From a bacterium (GTDB lineage Bacteria; Zhuqueibacterota; Zhuqueibacteria; Residuimicrobiales; Krinioviventaceae), in contig OY843751.1 in the NCBI GenBank assembly GCA_963693055.1, positions 2,912,001-2,976,000 of the forward strand: 64,000 nt of DNA. The letters run 5' to 3'. The position numbers and the translations under genes are program-made. Below, piece after piece: positions 60,204 through 64,000 of the stretch. Numbering within the stretch: position 1 is the stretch's first letter; the number at the start of each line of letters is the position of its first letter. The notes beneath the pieces are model-generated. The model was not told where the DNA came from. It ran no database searches and saw only the letters and a list, made by a program, of their open reading frames with translations.

Positions 60204-61198
60204 AATTGAATCAATTCAATATTGTTCATATTATTGGTACCCAGTTTATGATCTCGATCTGCAGCTGTTTGAATATAAACTGGCTCACGACCAACCTCCT
60301 TTAATGGAGGAAAACCTTTTTCTCGTCTTTTTTTCTCAATAACGTTCCAGGCAAATGTATCCAATGCCACAGGATCTGTACCCAATACAAGACTGTTCAT
60401 ATTCCATGTCCATTGCGGCATAAATGGAGGTCCGCCCTCATATTGAGGAGTAATGGCATCACAAATAATGAGTCGGGTTTTATTTCGAATAATTGGCAGC
60501 ATATTTACATCCGCTACATAAGGATCACCAACATTATCATGATATTTATTGGGATTGTTGATGACACCAAAATTATTTTTCATGGCAGCACTGATACCTA
60601 CAATTCCGTGATCTTTCAGTATGGGGAGATTAATTATAGCTGAACATTGTTGTTCGAGTATAACAGAAATCAAGCTTGCTACGGCCCCATGTTCATACAA
60701 TTTACGTGAAAAACCGGTTTTATTTGATCCATAGCATTGGACTTTGCGTCTTCCCTGGTATAATTTGTAACCAGCCCTTTCCAGGTCACGATCATGGCGG
60801 TCCCAGATAATAATATGGTTTGCCGGAATGCCATTTTTTTTCAATTTCGTAGATATTGCTTCAACCAACTCTATATTTGTGGATAGACCGCGGCCGGCAA
60901 GGCAATTAACTTTTAATCCTACAATATCATCTTTTGAAAAGAGATGGCTCCACACATCATCAGCTGGCATATTATAAAGCTTGCTTATGCTGGAATCCAA
61001 TAACTGAGTAAGATTTTGAACAGAAATCCCCTGTTTTGACAATAAATCATCATGATTGGCGCAGACAATACGGGATTTAGTAGCACCTTTGGTAATACTG
61101 GGGTCGGCAATGGTGCTTGCAAAGAGTTGAGTGCCATGCAAAGCACCGGCTGCACCGGCAGTGAGTGTTGTATTGATAAATTCTCTACGATCAAGCAT
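60200..61198 (-). CDS. DUF362 domain protein with Tat signal
   Basis: DRREFI; VGLKVNC, NLPILKDH, AMKN, DPVALD. Confidence 0.88.
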   Translation of the reverse strand: MLDRREFINTTLTAGAAGALHGTQLFASTIADPSITKGATKSRIVCANHDDLLSKQGISVQNLTQLLDSSISKLYNMPADDVWSHLFSKDDIVGLKVNCLAGRGLSTNIELVEAISTKLKKNGIPANHIIIWDRHDRDLERAGYKLYQGRRKVQCYGSNKTGFSRKLYEHGAVASLISVILEQQCSAIINLPILKDHGIVGISAAMKNNFGVINNPNKYHDNVGDPYVADVNMLPIIRNKTRLIICDAITPQYEGGPPFMPQWTWNMNSLVLGTDPVALDTFAWNVIEKKRREKGFPPLKEVGREPVYIQTAADRDHKLGTNNMNNIELIQL

Positions 61199-61216
61199 AT
61201 TTTAATATCTCCAAAC

Positions 61217-61249
61217 AAAAAAACCGTGATCGGTTTGAACACGGTTTTT
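61217..61249 (-). terminator. Terminator-like hairpin
   Basis: AAAACCGTG/CACGGTTTT stem with U7 on the minus strand. Confidence 0.75.
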
Positions 61250-61273
61250 ATTTTAGATATTTTTAATATACAA

Positions 61274-63649
61274 TTATCTCAGAAAACGTTCAACCAATTT
61301 TTTAAATCCGGTTTTAGTAAAATCCGCATCTGCAAAATAATCAGAAGCAAGTTGACTGCTACCCTGAGATGAATCAACCTGGGGCTCGGGATCAATTTCA
61401 GGGGGGTCCGGAGGTTCTGGAATATTAGTATTGAATACGGTTGCATTTTCAGGAGCAGTGTTATACTCTACATTTGATAGATCAGTAAATGCAGAACCAT
61501 TGCCACCGTTTTCTACTACATCTTCATCCGCTTCATCCTGGCTATAATCTTGAATATTATCATTTACTTCTGTAGGATCATTAAAAACAGATTTTGCAAC
61601 GGGTGGCGCAATAGATTGTTGTACGGGTTCAGGATTGTGCAAATGTGTAGCACTAATTACTCTCCGAGGTTCCGGATTTTTTACCAGTTGAGGTGTTTGT
61701 ATCTGTTCTTTAGCTTGAACATACATTACCCGGTTATCAATAGCAATAGCTATCTGATTTGCAAGAATTTCCAGTGTATGTAGAGTATCTTTGTTAGGCA
61801 TTCTGCAATCATTCGGATCATCTGCCATTAAAAATCCAATAATTTTCTCTTCCTTGGACTTTATGGGTACAATAACAACAGCCCAATTTGGCCAGCCACC
61901 TTCATAATACTCACCTTCTTCTGAGCCATAATAGATGCGTTTTAAATGATCAAATACGGGTTCCTGATTTTGAACCAAATATGATTTGCCTTGTAAATAA
62001 TCTTTTCGTAATAATTGACTGTATTCTTTGAGATTATAGTTTAATTCTTTGATCTGTGCCAGTTTAATCTTGTCATCACATGCTACCGCTTTGGTCTCCA
62101 ACATTCCACTCTTTTTGCTGATTAAAACCAAAGATACAAGGTTGAAATCCAGAGAAAATTTAACAGACCAGACAACTTCTTTAAGCAATTCACTCAAACT
62201 GTAATACAATTTAAATACATTACTATTAACGAGTATCTGCTTCATACGACGGTTGCGACGTTCTAGTGTAGAAATACGATAATAATTTTCCACTGTGACT
62301 GAAACTAACCGGCTAAAGAGTTCTAAATTATAAAAAGTGGATTTTGTAGGTGTATTACCTTCACCCGGTTCATCTAATGATATATAACCAAAAGTATTGT
62401 TGTTTTTATCTGCCAGATTCAAAATGATCAGGTCACGTTTATGCCATTGAGCAATGGGTGATGTTTCCTGAGAATCATTTTTAACCAGTTCATTGTTCAA
62501 ATGACTAGCCAGCTGACGGCGTTCTTTGTTATGATAAATCACTTTGATGCGAGATTTATCTGCAAATACTTTGTCAATAACACGTTGAGGAACTTCAATA
62601 TTTTCTTTTGAAGAGTTTTCTCTGACAGAATATCCTACCATTGCCTGTTTTACATATGCATGTTTACGAGGATCCAAAAGCGCAACTGTAGAGCGTTTAA
62701 ATCCAAAAACCTGGCAAACCAATTCAGAAAGATTTTTTAACAAAACTTCAATAGATTCAGAATAACTGCGATGAATGATATCAATTACTTCAGATATCAT
62801 TTGTTTTTGATCAACTGTCTTTTGTGTTATAAATGTACCGGATGATTTGACTTGTACTTTAACCAGATTTCCACGAAATCCAATAACATGATTTTTATCA
62901 TTATCATCATAAATAAGGGAGATCTGTAATTTTGCAGGATTCTTTTCACCGGTCTTTGCAATTACATATACTTCAAACGACATTGCCGGTTTTTTAATTG
63001 CCACATTGAGGATTTTGTTGAAAAAATCTGTATCATCAACTGATGAGAGCACATCATCAATGGTTAATTCTAATAATTCTGCGTTGGTGTATCCTGCTAC
63101 ATCTTCAATATATTCATTTGCTGAAAGAAAACGACGTTTACGATCACAAACAAAATAACCTATTTCTCCACTTTGTACCTGGGGTATATCTGTTTCAGGA
63201 TAAGGTGTAGACTCTGATAAATCTGCAATTGGCTGTTCATCCTGTACTGGCATAGGCTCTGGCAAGGGTTCGTCTGGGTGGACTTTAAACTCGGCTGCTC
63301 GTTTCAAGCTTTCGGATAAAGCGGAAAGATAGCCTTTCTTTTTGACAACAAATTCAAAAACACCTAAATTTTGCACATCCTGAAATATCTGCTCGTCATC
63401 TTCATTTACAGTCAAGATGGTTGGATGAATACGACTGATCTTTTTAAGCGTTTCCGTAAATGAATCATGATGTCCATTTGCCAGTTCACTGTCAATTAAC
63501 AATATATCAAACTCTACATTCGTAAACTGTTCCTGCACCTCCTGCAAAGAAGTTGCACCAATTGGATTATATTCATCATTTTGTACGCTTATGACCTGTC
63601 GGGTTGCTTCTACATATGAGGCATTCGGATGCGCTATTGATATTTTCAT
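61274..63649 (-). CDS. REC-PAS-GAF-GAF signalling protein without a recognisable output domain
   Basis: REC-like (DILLIDSEL, FVVKK), PAS (D...RFL.AN....GY...EL), two GAFs, acidic Pro-rich tail; start moved to ATG 63649. Confidence 0.8.
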   Translation of the reverse strand: MKISIAHPNASYVEATRQVISVQNDEYNPIGATSLQEVQEQFTNVEFDILLIDSELANGHHDSFTETLKKISRIHPTILTVNEDDEQIFQDVQNLGVFEFVVKKKGYLSALSESLKRAAEFKVHPDEPLPEPMPVQDEQPIADLSESTPYPETDIPQVQSGEIGYFVCDRKRRFLSANEYIEDVAGYTNAELLELTIDDVLSSVDDTDFFNKILNVAIKKPAMSFEVYVIAKTGEKNPAKLQISLIYDDNDKNHVIGFRGNLVKVQVKSSGTFITQKTVDQKQMISEVIDIIHRSYSESIEVLLKNLSELVCQVFGFKRSTVALLDPRKHAYVKQAMVGYSVRENSSKENIEVPQRVIDKVFADKSRIKVIYHNKERRQLASHLNNELVKNDSQETSPIAQWHKRDLIILNLADKNNNTFGYISLDEPGEGNTPTKSTFYNLELFSRLVSVTVENYYRISTLERRNRRMKQILVNSNVFKLYYSLSELLKEVVWSVKFSLDFNLVSLVLISKKSGMLETKAVACDDKIKLAQIKELNYNLKEYSQLLRKDYLQGKSYLVQNQEPVFDHLKRIYYGSEEGEYYEGGWPNWAVVIVPIKSKEEKIIGFLMADDPNDCRMPNKDTLHTLEILANQIAIAIDNRVMYVQAKEQIQTPQLVKNPEPRRVISATHLHNPEPVQQSIAPPVAKSVFNDPTEVNDNIQDYSQDEADEDVVENGGNGSAFTDLSNVEYNTAPENATVFNTNIPEPPDPPEIDPEPQVDSSQGSSQLASDYFADADFTKTGFKKLVERFLR

Positions 63650-64000
63650 ATTACCTGCTACTCCAATATAATTCAGCAAAAAACTCTGAAATTCACGAAA
63701 CAATTAACAAAAATTTGTACACATAGTCAAGAAAATAGATAATAAATACTGCCCGAAAAATGCTGTGATTACTTTTTGCCACATTTAAAAGAAAAAATAT
63801 ACAATTTTGGGTAATCGCAAATTACATTTTTGAAAAACATTATTTTCATCCATTTACTCTTGTTGATTTTTATATACTTAGACATAAAAATGTCCGGTTA
63901 TATTTAAAACAAAATTAAATCCAACAAACATCCATTTTAAAGCAAAATCCAAGCCAAAAAGAGTATTGACCCAAAAAAAAGCCAGAGATTTCATAACCTC

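Noticed and set aside
10-61783. Many short antisense or alternate-frame ORFs in the track (e.g. 2059-2502, 7934-8344, 22335-22727, 36063-36488)
   Set aside because: They overlap well-supported genes and have no RBS or recognisable motifs; shadow ORFs
1-64000. Stop-codon recoding (Sec/Pyl) or programmed frameshifts
   Set aside because: Genes ending in TGA/TAG appear full length for their families, and the next gene starts immediately; no split ORFs were seen
63973-64000. A8-GCCAGAG... possible terminator of a minus-strand gene beyond the window
   Set aside because: The second arm is cut by the window edge and cannot be confirmed

Overview
AT-rich bacterial chromosomal segment, densely coding and mostly on the minus strand. 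The gene content (TonB receptor, heptose enzymes, lipoproteins, many PP2C phosphatases, anaerobe-type Fe-S genes) suggests a Gram-negative, probably anaerobic or microaerophilic FCB-associated lineage such as KSB1 or Calditrichota; this is an inference. It contains: a hisGDCBHAFI operon under a complete His-leader attenuator (peptide MPNYTVHHHHHLHIT, absent from the ORF track); an iscSU-fprA-thyX-lipA-def-...-acyl kinase run; LarA-like and rhamnulokinase genes; a TPP riboswitch-controlled TonB receptor; a PadR/NifX/MinD-ferredoxin/Mrp cluster; a pentaheme cytochrome plus a Cyc2-like cytochrome-porin; a roughly 22 kb partner-switching region with five PP2C phosphatases, one RsbV and one RsbW but no sigma factor; and a DUF362-amrS-amrBA-amrA locus whose proteins carry apparent Tat/Sec export signals. 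A shared ECF-like promoter motif (G[GT]AAC-N16/17-CGT[AT]) precedes three loci, including the rsbVW operon. No tRNA, rRNA, CRISPR array, transposase or prophage was seen.
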